From Naegleria gruberi (taxonomy: Eukaryota): a stretch of DNA of 64,000 nt. A program made the translations under genes and the position numbers. This document shows positions 53,819 to 64,000 of the stretch, one piece after another. The notes beneath the pieces are model-generated. The model saw nothing but the letters and a program-made list of their open reading frames with translations. It was not told where the DNA came from and did not search any database. Position 1 is the stretch's first letter. Every line of letters begins with the position of its first letter. The stretch lies in NCBI GenBank assembly GCA_000004985.1, contig GG738864.1; one strand, written 5' to 3'.

Positions 53819-55835
53819 TTATATGTGGTAGTAGTGACTATTACTGATTCTTTCGTGAGAAAAAATTTGTTTTTCTGCAAGAGCTAATCTTCTCATTTCA
53901 CGAATTGGATCAGGCGGAGCAAAATGAATCTTTGGATTTGTAATTTCCTCAATACTTGTTTCTGTATGAGTTTTGGTTGGTTTAGCTCCTGCAAGAGCAG
54001 ATGCAACATGTCTCTTACGTAAAATGTCCAACTTGGCTTTTGCAGCTCTATCCTCTTCCACTGCTTTCTGATACATTTCGTCTAATTGATTTTTCTCTTC
54101 CTGTTTCTTTAACTTTTGAATTAATTTATCTCTCTTGAGAAGAACTTTCTTTGTACTTGTAAGATCAATGTTGTGAACCTTCATTTGCTCGTCCAAACTT
54201 TGTATAACCTCTATGGTATTTGATTCATTCTCTGACATTAGTGATTTCAAAAGGGATTTATCCTTATTTGTCCTATTTGTTAATGAGTCTGGGTTGACCA
54301 AATTATTTTGCAAACCAGCAGAAAATTCAATCAAATCTCTTTCCATCAAATCTTTGTAGTGGAGTGGGTTTTGCTTTTCTAGTTGTTCTAAAAGGTCCTC
54401 GTGTCTAATGGAAATAAGCGGTTCGGTGTACTTCTTATGTCTCTTTGTTCTATCAGAATAGGCTTGGTTTACCAATAAAGTTGGAAGTTGCATTTGAACT
54501 TGAATTTGTTCCAATATATCCTTTGGAACTGAAATATCACTTCTCTTGTCTGCAGACATTACACGGTTGTAGGCTTGGTTTTCATCTTCTTCCTCTGGAT
54601 CAATTACTGAATCAGCATCATTAAATGTATTTTCCTCACTAAAATGTTGAACCCTTCCAAAGGATCCAGACTGTGGAGCTTTTCTAGCTATTTCTTGGTG
54701 CATATTTCTCAGCATATTGACTGTATTGTTGGAAGCAATACTTCTCATTGATTTGGTATGGTTTTGGTTCAATTCAGAGAGCCTCGAAGGTCTTCCATCT
54801 TCGTCATCATCACTGTAATCATCTGTCTTTTTAAGGGCAGTCAAGAAGAAAGACGATTCATCTCCAGTCTTCGATAGCATTGATTGGTTTTCATCTTCAA
54901 ATTCATATTCTTCAACTTTTCTCGTTCCATAATACTTAAAATACATTCTTGGATTTTTAGGAAGGGCTAAAGGCGATTGAGAATTGAGTTCTTTTTCTTC
55001 CAAATAGGTGTACAGTTGGGGATATCTTTCAATAAGATTCTTTAAATCTGTTGCCATTTTCAAAACATAATCTGATTCATCGAAAAGATAGGTATCCCTA
55101 TCTGTGTCTGTTTGCTTAGCTTTCCATGTTTCTATTTTGAATTAATTGTCAATAACTTTCAAAATACAACTTACCTATATATTCAATAATGTACAGACTG
55201 ACAGTTCTAAATAGGACAATTTCATCACCTAAAAGTTTACCTAATGTTTTAACATCCACAAAACTAGGATCTTTAGGACTGAGAGAACTTTTTTGACAGA
55301 TGTTTTTCAAACTCCTCAAACTGTTCTCTCTTTGTTCAATTAATCCCTTAATTCTGAGATCCAACCACCTAATCTCAAATACTCGCATAGTTTCTTTTGA
55401 AATATTCTCGAAATTTTTATGGGCATCATCATTGAAATTTGAATGAGTAAATGTTTCTCTGTGTGCCCAGTTTGTTTCAGAATCTTCCCACAATGTTGAG
55501 AGAATTCTCTTCTTTGCCTCTAATAATTCCAAAACAGCTGGTGATATCTTTTTTCTTGCTCTATTATGTGAGGAAGTAATTTGTTCCTCTCTTAAGTGGG
55601 AGTTCATAAGATGGTCATCTTCCAAAAACTTTTTCAATCGTTGTTCCATAGCTTGTGATTCCTTATCTATTCCTGCTTTAAAATCATTTTCAGCCTCCTC
55701 TGCTTTCCGATCATTAAGAGAAAACTTTAATAACGAATTGGCTTCATCTACTGTTGTTGAGAATTTTGGTGTATCCTCTTTATGATCATCATCTTTCTTG
55801 AATGATGGTTTACTTTTTAAAATTCCCTTCTTCAT
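53819..55835 (-). CDS. Coiled-coil protein (~645 aa). Exons 55835-55175 and 55131-53819, intron 55132-55174 (GTAAGT..AAAATAG, 43 nt)
   Basis: The 55149..55835 and 53819..55063 ORFs are joined in phase 1; exon 2 extends upstream of the listed M. Predicted helical/charged heptad-like regions. No specific family. Confidence 0.5.
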
Positions 55836-55949
55836 TGCCTCACTGTTTCTCCTTATATAATTCAGTTACTCTTGAGAATGGTAGTGATAATGTATTTAGC
55901 TCTTTTTTTATTAGTATTACTTCAGTAATTTAAATATTGGCGGCAAAAA

Positions 55950-56567
55950 ATGGATGAAAATACTTTTGTTAGAGAATGTGTAGAGTTGATGTCGAGAGAC
56001 GAAATGAAGAAACAAGGCTGGAATTGGATGGGAGAGTACGCAGAATTAATGACACATATTCATTCTCCACAAATCAATTTTGAAAATATTTCATCGGCAC
56101 AATCCGATCATTCTTTTGACAATGAGGAAGATATTGTGGAGGATATTGAAGATGTAACTACCAGCGATACTTCTTGGATAATTAATTCTTCAAATCAAAA
56201 TTCTCAAATTTTCTCAATTAGATATCACATTGTTTATAATCAGATATTTAAATGTCCAACACTTTATTTCAATATTTATAATAATAATAATGAATTATTA
56301 TTACCTACTCAACTCATGGAAATATTTCAAAAGATTGGAGAATCTAAAGGACTAATTCCAACTGAAAATTTCAATCCCTATACGTTCATCACACAAGGAG
56401 AGCATCCAATTCTTGGTACAATTTTCTATTATATCCACCCATGTGAAACTAGAACAGTTATGGAAACTGTTTGCACAAACACTCCAGTCAATTATGTTTA
56501 CACATGGCTTACATTTTTTGGAAAAGTGGTATTGGTAAATACTCCAATAATTACTGAATTTTGTTAA
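55950..56567 (+). CDS. ATG10: Autophagy E2-like enzyme Atg10-like, 205 aa
   Basis: Motifs IRYHIVYNQIFKCPTLYFNIY and catalytic-Cys context FYYIHPCETR resemble Atg10 (Y.I.YS.SY.VPVLYF...HPC). Size fits Atg10 rather than Atg3. Confidence 0.55.
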   Translation: MDENTFVRECVELMSRDEMKKQGWNWMGEYAELMTHIHSPQINFENISSAQSDHSFDNEEDIVEDIEDVTTSDTSWIINSSNQNSQIFSIRYHIVYNQIFKCPTLYFNIYNNNNELLLPTQLMEIFQKIGESKGLIPTENFNPYTFITQGEHPILGTIFYYIHPCETRTVMETVCTNTPVNYVYTWLTFFGKVVLVNTPIITEFC

Positions 56568-57638
56568 TTCTTTGATGGAGAAATAGTAGACTCAATTTCC
56601 TCTTCTTCTTGAAGAATGCTCCAAAGAAAGATGCTATAATCACTAGAGGCATCACATGCTAAACCAACTTCATGTAAACTCCAATCAAATGTAGTAATAG
56701 GTAAAGTATGAGTTTTGTAAGATTTGATACATTCCAATTGTTCCTTTTCTTCCTTTGATTTAAGATGCCATAAATGAAAATAATTATCTGTACTTGATGT
56801 ACCAAGAAGTGCTTCATCGTGAGGATTGAATTTGATTTGAGAAACTGCTAAACCATGAGCTTGGTGGCTATGTATTGGCTTTTTCAAAGACCTTAAATCC
56901 CAAATATAAGCCATACCTTGTTCGTCACCAACTGAGAGCATGAATTCATTATATGGATTAATCGACATGCAGGAAAATATTATGTCATCTGGTGGTGTAA
57001 TTGTATAGAGCTTTTTTTGTTCTTGTCTATCCCATAGCTCAATTCTTGTATCTCTGTATTATGTTAATTACCAATAATTATTATTGAGAAATTCACTTAC
57101 AGAGGTGCTGCCAATAAAAGACTTGGGTTTTGAGAATGATAAGTGACACCTAACATTGGAAATGAAGATTCATTGTTTGCGGAAAAGATTGGCTCACTCT
57201 CAGCAATATCCCAAATTGCAAAACTGCTATCTTTACTGCATGAAACAAATTCATTTCCATTAAATGGCGACACACTAACATCCTCTACACTCATATTGTG
57301 ATGTGTATATCTTTTGATTGGTTTTCTCAATTCATTCAAAGTCCATAATCTTAAAATTGGATCTGTGTGGCCAGTAATTAAAAAAGAATCATAATGAGAA
57401 GTTTCCGAAACACAAACACCACCAGTATCCAATCCTACACTTTGAATTTCATCTAATTGTCCAACACTTGATAATCTCCAATAATTTAATTGACCAACAC
57501 TTAATTTGATTAGTATCCAAATAAATCAACCTACTATTTAGTTTCAAATGTATCGGAAGTTATTCCTATCAAACCCTTCTCATCAAACTTTGAAAATTTT
57601 AAATCGGAACAAATAAACTCAGTCTCCAATCGAAGCAT
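56564..57638 (-). CDS. WD40-repeat protein (Pex7-like?), multi-exon. Confident exons 57432-57101 and 57053-56564, intron 57054-57100 (GTAAGT..AATACAG, 47 nt). The 5' exon or exons are unresolved
   Basis: WD repeats (ITGHTDPILRLWTL; SCSKDSSFAIWDI; SVGDEQGMAYIWDL; GTSSTDNYFHLWHL; CDASSDYSIFLWSI). An upstream ATG exon (57638-57537, MLRLETEFICSDLKFSKFDEKGLIGITSDTFETK) ends at an in-frame TAG unless a weak GTTTGA donor is used. A TACTAAT branch motif is present. Confidence 0.55.
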
Positions 57639-57933
57639 TTTTTGATAATTTAATTGTGATGATTGTATTTTCTTTTAATATTTAATTCATATAGAGTAGA
57701 ACCATTGTGTTTTAATTGAAATAACCTTTCATAATTTTGACGATACAAAATGAAGAGTGATTGGTGTATTCTTCATCACCGCACAGTTGTTATCATCTTC
57801 AGCCCTTGCTATTCAATTCTAAAATTACAAAAAAAATAACATCCCATCATCGATTAATACATCGATCATTTTGATTGTTATTAAAATCATCATCTCTTTT
57901 TAAAAAAGATTTCATATTAGTTTTAAAACACGC

Positions 57934-60522
57934 ATGAAACGTAGTGGTAACAACAATCTGAGTAGTTTAAGTTCAGTTAGTGGTAGCAATAACATTGGAA
58001 ATAGAAAGCCTTTTAATAAAGTGAATGTACCAAAGCCTGTAAATCTTCCAATTGCTGGCAATACCTCTGGTACAATCACTTCAAACAGCACCACAACAAC
58101 AAACACAACTCTAAACAATAGTAATATTGCAACAAGTACAAATCCAGGACCAACTTTGACTGGAAATAACTCGACTACATCAACTCTAAATAATGCTAAT
58201 TCTACTCCAAATAATGCAGGTAATGCTTGGAATACAAGACAATTACAATCATCTTGGTTTCAACATAACCCATCTTCTTCGAACGTTGAATCATCAAGTA
58301 CAGATCCGATTAACGTGAGTCAATCTGATAATAGCAAGCCTACCACCATTAATACAACTCCATCTTTGCCTGTAAGATCAACCCGTACACCAATTACACC
58401 AACAAAGGATACAAATAATAATAATTCGGCTTCATTGACACCACAAACAACAGCAAATAGTAATAACGAGGAAACTAGCCATCATGAAAAAAAGCAAACA
58501 AATCCAGCAGCTACAACTCATGCTGGACACGACAGTAACTGGGGTGAAATTTATGATGATGATGATGATTTTTATGATTCGGATCTAGAAGAACTCATAG
58601 AAAAGGAAAATAAGACAAATGCTCCAACACAAGCCAAGACTAAGAAACAGAAATATTTGGAAAAGAAGAAGCTTCTCAGAGAACAACAAATGATTGCTGA
58701 AAAGTCAAACAAATCCGAACATAGTGAACCTAAAACTGTTTCCACTCCTTCCAATACCTCTAATTCTACTCCTTCCAATACATCCCCTCAAAATTCATTA
58801 CCATCTTCTCCTCCTTGTTTGAATTTTGCTGATACAATAGAAGAAGAACAACAAATAGAAGAAATAGAAGAAATAGAGCAAACAGAACAAACAGAACAAA
58901 CAGAACAAACAGAGCATACAGAGCAAATAGAAGAACAACACATAGAAAATCCAGTTCATAATTCTCCTCCTTCTCCTCAAGAAGAGGTTCCTAAACAACA
59001 TACCGAACCTCAACATCAAACATCAATTCTTCCAAAGAATACCCCTGTTACTTCTCATCGACCACCATCTTTTTTCTCTATTGGACGTATTCCAAAGGAA
59101 AATACCAGACCTTCTCATCCACTTTCCACTCATCCAATTCATACCACCGATAACCATGTACCAAAAATACTTCCTGCCGAACCTCAACAAGATACCACCA
59201 AGCCAAAAGAAGAACTTATTAAAACAATTAAAGAGCAAGAGGTTTTGTTAAATGAAACTGCTGAAAGAAGAAGAAGAGAAAAAGAGGAGGAAGAAGATAG
59301 AATCGAAAGAGAAAGAAAGGAAAGGGCTCTTTCAAAATTAAAGGAATTAGAAAAAAAGCTTGCCGAGAAAAAACCATCAGTTCCAGAACCAGTTGCCCAA
59401 CCAATAGAAAATACTCAACCTGTTGTTGCTGAAACATCGAACACTGAACCAACCAGCTTCAGTAGTCAACAAAACTCAAATGGAGTTAAAATTCTCAAAT
59501 CTCATAACAATGGGGGTCATTCTACTAGAGGAAATCATCATGGAAGAGGAGGTTCAACTCATAAAACTCAAAGACCAACAAGTGAACAACCTCCAAAGGT
59601 TCAACATGAAAAAGTTGAGGAAAAATCCATAACAGATACTGACAACAATTGGAGAAGTTCAAATGTCAAGTTGACAAAACCACCATTTGGACTTCCTCAA
59701 ACTATGACAAGAGAAGCAACTAATACTACAGCTACTACCCATTCACAGGAAGGTAATGCCCACAACAATTCTGGAGGTAGAGGAGGACACTCAACAAGAG
59801 GAAGGCCAAACACAAGAGGTGGTCATACTAATCGTAATCCTAGAAAACAAGTTGATAATGAAAATAGTGTTCCAAAATCATCATCTGAATCAAATTCAGC
59901 AATTGATCTCAGTAATATACTTAAAAATATTAATCCAAACGAGGCAAAGAATAAGATTTCATTTGGTATGTTTGATGACGAACCAAAAGTTTCACAATTG
60001 AACAATGCTCCTCAACCTGCAACAACTCATCCAGAGAATTCAGCAAATCCAAGACCTGAGAGACCTCACACTGGTAAACAATCTCATCACCGTGAACATC
60101 AACACAAGAGAAATAATCCAGTCCAAGCGAACAATACTGAGCCAGTCCCTAACACTACAACTAGGCAACCACATCAAAACAAGCCTCCAAGACAAAAACA
60201 TAATGATAACCGAAACAATGAAAATCAAGCTCATCCAAGACCAAGACGTAATCAAGAATTTGTCAAAACTGCCAATCATGAAGAGGTAAAATCAGTCCCT
60301 GCCGATAGTGCACCTGACCAAAAAGAAACTCAATCAACCACTGGTAGTGATATTCAAGCAGGTGAAAATCAAAGAATGAATGGATCACAACGTTCTAATA
60401 ATAATAGAAGAGGTAATCATCATAATGGTACTCCAAGAAATCATCATCATGAAAAGCACACTCCTAAAAGTAGAATTTGTTTTGTTAAGGTAGATAATAC
60501 AACCACCACCAGTCAAGAGTAA
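57934..60522 (+). CDS. Large low-complexity Ser/Thr/Asn/Pro-rich protein with basic/acidic coiled region, (EQT)n repeat and RG/HH-rich C-terminus, 862 aa
   Basis: Single long ORF. Microsatellite-encoded EQTEQTEQTEQTEHTEQ (~58880-58930). RRRREKEEEEDRIERERKER charged helix. No domain recognised. Confidence 0.45.
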   Translation: MKRSGNNNLSSLSSVSGSNNIGNRKPFNKVNVPKPVNLPIAGNTSGTITSNSTTTTNTTLNNSNIATSTNPGPTLTGNNSTTSTLNNANSTPNNAGNAWNTRQLQSSWFQHNPSSSNVESSSTDPINVSQSDNSKPTTINTTPSLPVRSTRTPITPTKDTNNNNSASLTPQTTANSNNEETSHHEKKQTNPAATTHAGHDSNWGEIYDDDDDFYDSDLEELIEKENKTNAPTQAKTKKQKYLEKKKLLREQQMIAEKSNKSEHSEPKTVSTPSNTSNSTPSNTSPQNSLPSSPPCLNFADTIEEEQQIEEIEEIEQTEQTEQTEQTEHTEQIEEQHIENPVHNSPPSPQEEVPKQHTEPQHQTSILPKNTPVTSHRPPSFFSIGRIPKENTRPSHPLSTHPIHTTDNHVPKILPAEPQQDTTKPKEELIKTIKEQEVLLNETAERRRREKEEEEDRIERERKERALSKLKELEKKLAEKKPSVPEPVAQPIENTQPVVAETSNTEPTSFSSQQNSNGVKILKSHNNGGHSTRGNHHGRGGSTHKTQRPTSEQPPKVQHEKVEEKSITDTDNNWRSSNVKLTKPPFGLPQTMTREATNTTATTHSQEGNAHNNSGGRGGHSTRGRPNTRGGHTNRNPRKQVDNENSVPKSSSESNSAIDLSNILKNINPNEAKNKISFGMFDDEPKVSQLNNAPQPATTHPENSANPRPERPHTGKQSHHREHQHKRNNPVQANNTEPVPNTTTRQPHQNKPPRQKHNDNRNNENQAHPRPRRNQEFVKTANHEEVKSVPADSAPDQKETQSTTGSDIQAGENQRMNGSQRSNNNRRGNHHNGTPRNHHHEKHTPKSRICFVKVDNTTTTSQE

Positions 60523-60583
60523 TTTCAAATTGGCGCCTAAAGTTTCCCTCCAATAAATTAAACGTAAAAATTTAAAAAAAAGA

Positions 60584-61878
60584 ATGAATGCTTCGGCGAG
60601 TGTAATCGTTCATCAAATTAAACAATTACTCACTCAACATTTGAAGGAATTAAGAGTGTTCGGATCATCATGTAAAGCATACAGGAGATTTCTAACTAGA
60701 TTTAAGGGATGTCCTTTTCAATTATTTTCTCTGCATATTTCTCTGAGATGGAATGAAACTATCAAAGCCTGGCACAATCAATTAAAAGAACATGAATCAT
60801 ATTGTTTTGTATTGAATGAAGCAATAGCTTTCATGAGATCTCTTCCTAAACATTCCCTCTTTTCCGAATTTCATGAATTGAAGAGATTTAATACAGAAAT
60901 CGGAGCCAATCTACGACTTGCTCTTGATTATGCATTTGAGAAATATAGAAAATTACATGCCTTCATTGCTAGTTTCATGTCCAAAATTAAGAATCTTGCT
61001 GAATGTAAGTCAACTTGAACTAGTTATTGATTTTCAAAATAGTACCAAGAGAAAAGTGGCCAGGTGGTTGGTTTTGTTCAGAACATGATGATAAGCACCA
61101 CAAGAAAATAGATATTGAAATGAGACACCAATTCATATATGTTGTCCCTTATGAAATTGGGCAAAAAGCGAGAATACCAAAGAATAAGTTCGATCAAGAT
61201 AAGGCTGCAGCTTATTTGATAGAATTGAAAAGGCAATTGGATAATACGATAAGAAAGTTTGTTGGGAAACAAGGTATTCATCCACCTGAAACTACTTTAC
61301 CAGTTCGAGTGAGTTTTACAGAAAAGAAAGGATTGTTTTTGGATCACACTCACATCAATAGATTGGAAGACAGAGAAAAGAAGAAAGAAAGCAGAAGAAA
61401 CTGTACAAGAGTAGAATTAACAAAAACAACTTCAAATGAGAAACCAACAAGAACTATTGAAACTCGAGAGCCTACCCATTACGAATCCTTTTATTCAGAG
61501 CCTAAATCATTTGAGCCTCCTTCTAGGTTTGTAAGAAAATCAGAATTCCATGAAATGACAGACAAGAAACTTGAAAGGGAAAATGCAGACATTAATCCAT
61601 ATGTTTTGTGGAGTTTCCCAACATCTACATTCTTTACAGACGAAAGATTTCAAAGTCATAACGAAAATATGACGAAGCGAAAGAAGATGGAAAAATTAGG
61701 TAAATTCGATTACAACGATGTTATCTCAATGCGGCACTACAAGAGTATGGTACAAGATGTGGAAGATGGTGATGATATTATTCATGCTTTGCAAGATCAA
61801 CAACAAAGGTATATGTGTAATTTAGGAGTTCAAGATTGTATTCATGTTGGTAAACATTTGGATTGGTCAAATAAATAA
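60584..61878 (+). CDS. Hypothetical basic protein (~419 aa). Exons 60584-61004 and 61043-61878, intron 61005-61042 (GTAAGT..AAATAG, 38 nt)
   Basis: Two ORFs joined in phase 1 by a 38-nt canonical intron. The N-terminus has basic, amphipathic character (possibly organellar). No family recognised. Confidence 0.5.
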
Positions 61879-61918
61879 AAGTGTAATTATACATAAGTAG
61901 TTTTTAATAGTTTACAAG

Positions 61919-62982
61919 TTAATGAGTGTTGAAAAGAGAATCCTTGACTGATTGAGAAATAATTCCTTGTAAAACTTCAGTGCTCAATTTAACAGCATCC
62001 TTTGTCAACTTATCCAATTGAGTTTCTTCCTTCTTCTTTGATTCCTTTTCCATCATGAAACCAGAAAGTTTACCACCACGTCCGATTTCGTGTTCAGCCT
62101 TGTCCATCTTTCTGGCAATATCATTAATAGAATCGTTTGTATAATTTCTATTCTTGATGGCAGCAGATGATGACAAAATGTTGATCCAGTACTTATTCCA
62201 GAGAACGTTCAACAATTTTGTATCAGTTGAGGACTTGAAAAATTCACATTCCAATTGATAGTACTTGTCATGATAAACACCATAATCTTCAATCTTATCC
62301 ATAGGAATTGATTGATATTCTGAACTTGATGAAGCACTTGGAGTGTGACCTTCTGGGTATGTTCTGAAAGCACCAATTTCAACTCTACCAGCTGAGACAG
62401 TTCTGACAGGATCAACAACAATAGCAACAAAAGGATCTTGGTATTGTTGGTTAGTTAATTGAGTGTTAACGTCAATACCTGACAACCAACAACCATAACC
62501 AGGGTGAGAGTGATACCATCCGACAACGTTTTCTGGTCTTCCAACAAGTTGACTCAAATCCATATATCTACCCATATATTCGATAGCTTCATTACCAGCA
62601 TTAACACGAGTTTCGGTACCTTCAACAGGTAAAGCAAATGCATCCATAACAATGAATGAATCTCCATCAATTTTACCTTGCATCAAACCCATAACTTCGA
62701 GTGGTTGACCTTTAGTTGTGTGCATAGCCATTTTGAGAAGAGCCAAGGCAGAGATTTTAACCTTCTTGAAGTATTTAACACTATTTTAAAATTGATCATC
62801 ATTTGTATCGTCATCAATTAATTTTCGTGATGATCAAAAAATACTTACTCTTTTTCCCAAGGTCTTTCTTCACGGACCTTTTGTTCCTTTTCTTCATCAT
62901 ATTTATACAATTGTTCATCAGTAACTTCCTTGACTTTATTTTCAAGTTCCCATTGTTTTTGAGCGTCCTTTGAGCCTAACAT
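61919..62982 (-). CDS. CSN5: COP9 signalosome subunit 5 (CSN5/Jab1), JAMM/MPN+ metalloprotease. Exons 62982-62849 and 62780-61919, intron 62781-62848 (GTAAGT..AAAATAG, 68 nt)
   Basis: JAMM motif [64 protein letters not shown] is near-identical to CSN5 (and distinct from Rpn11). The spliced N-terminus [16 protein letters not shown]...ERPWEKD|[18 protein letters not shown] restores the conserved [19 protein letters not shown] region. Confidence 0.85.
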
Positions 62983-63176
62983 TTTTACACTATACTACAA
63001 TCTGGTGATGAAGAGAATTTTTTTGAGTGATAGAGAAAGTTTTTCATCAGCTAATGCGCAAGCTGTGTTATTTCGAGTTCATTATGGAGGCTCTAAAAAT
63101 AACTCTATTTACAATGCTGGTTCTCTCTTGCTTGTCAAAGATTTCCACTGGCTCTCTTCAGCACACAAGACAAAAA

Positions 63177-64000
63177 ATGAGTTCAATGCAAACCACTGAT
63201 GAAATTGTAGTCGGTGACCAATCAGTGCCATCATCAGCATCTTCGGGAGAGAGAATCGTTACCCAAACACTTGATTTGGAAAATAAAGAACTTTTGGCAC
63301 AAGGAGCTGAAGGGGTGAGTATTTTAAATATTGTGTGGAAATTTAATGATGGGTAGAGAGTTTTCTTGTTGAAAAATTATTTTGGAAAACAAGCAATTAT
63401 GAAGGAAAGATTTAGTAAAAAATATAGACATCCTACATTGGATAGTAAATTAACAAAACAAAGACTTGTAAAGGAATCAAAGAATATTTCAAAGTGTAGA
63501 CAATTAGGAATTGAAGTTCCTACAGTTTATAATGTAGATAAAACAAATAATTTAATTTTTATGGAATATATTGAAGGATGTTCAGTCAAGGAATATTTTA
63601 GGAAATTTGAACAATTAGCAAATGCATCAACTGAACACATTTGGGATGAATCATGTCTTGAAATAGCTCATTCTATGGGTAAAGTTATTGCCACTATACA
63701 CAAGAATAAGCTTGTTCATGGTGATTTGACAACATCAAATTTAATGTTGAGAAATGGAGAAAAGGACAAATTGGTTGTTATTGATTTTGGTCTCAGTTTT
63801 GGTACAACTCTTGATGAAGACAAGGCTGTTGATTTATATGTTTTGGAAAGAGCCTTACTTTCAACACATCCAAATTCTGAAAAATTGGTAAGTATTGTCA
63901 CATTTATTATTACAATAACCATTTCAGTTTGATCAATTAATAGAAGGTTACAAAATTATTGATGCCACTCAAAGCAAGACAGTTTTGAAAAAGTTAGATC
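63177..64000 (+). CDS. BUD32: Bud32/TP53RK-type atypical kinase (KEOPS complex), 3'-partial. Exons 63177-63314, 63357-63887, 63928->64000; introns 42 nt (GTGAGT..GGTAG) and 40 nt (GTAAGT..TTTCAG)
   Basis: LAQGAEG|RVFLLKNYFGKQAIMKERFSKKYRHPTLD...CRQLGIEVPTVYNVD...IFMEYIEGCSVKEY...LVHGDLTTSNLMLRNGEKDKLVVIDFGLS matches Bud32/PRPK motifs. Splice phases verified. Confidence 0.8.

Noticed and set aside
1-64000. Prokaryotic features (operons, Shine-Dalgarno-led ORFs, CRISPR arrays, rRNA genes)
   Set aside because: Gene content (eL8, eS21, Pol I, CSN5, CDK, Bud32), spliceosomal introns and the nuclear-type tRNA show this is eukaryotic nuclear DNA. No direct-repeat/spacer arrays or rRNA-like conserved blocks were seen.

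Overview
This window is AT-rich (about one-third GC by eye) eukaryotic nuclear DNA, gene-dense at roughly one gene per 1.5 kb, and fungal/yeast-like. It has many very short spliceosomal introns of 38-125 nt (one of 231 nt) with GTNNGT-type 5' sites (GTAAGT, GTATGT, GTGAGT, GTACGT, GTTAGT, GTAGGT, GTTTGT, GTCAGT), YAG/AAG 3' sites and frequent (T/C)ACTAA(C/T) branch motifs, plus a ribosomal-protein gene with an intron directly after the ATG. I can support about 40 protein-coding genes (see features) and one tRNA-Asp(GTC). There is no prokaryotic operon, CRISPR array or rRNA, and no classical transposon is recognisable. Several six-frame ORFs carry TTG/GTG pseudo-starts, so true gene starts were re-derived by hand where possible. 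Points most worth a second look are listed in findings. Gene models were built by hand from splice-site phase; every exon boundary is an inference that needs RNA evidence.
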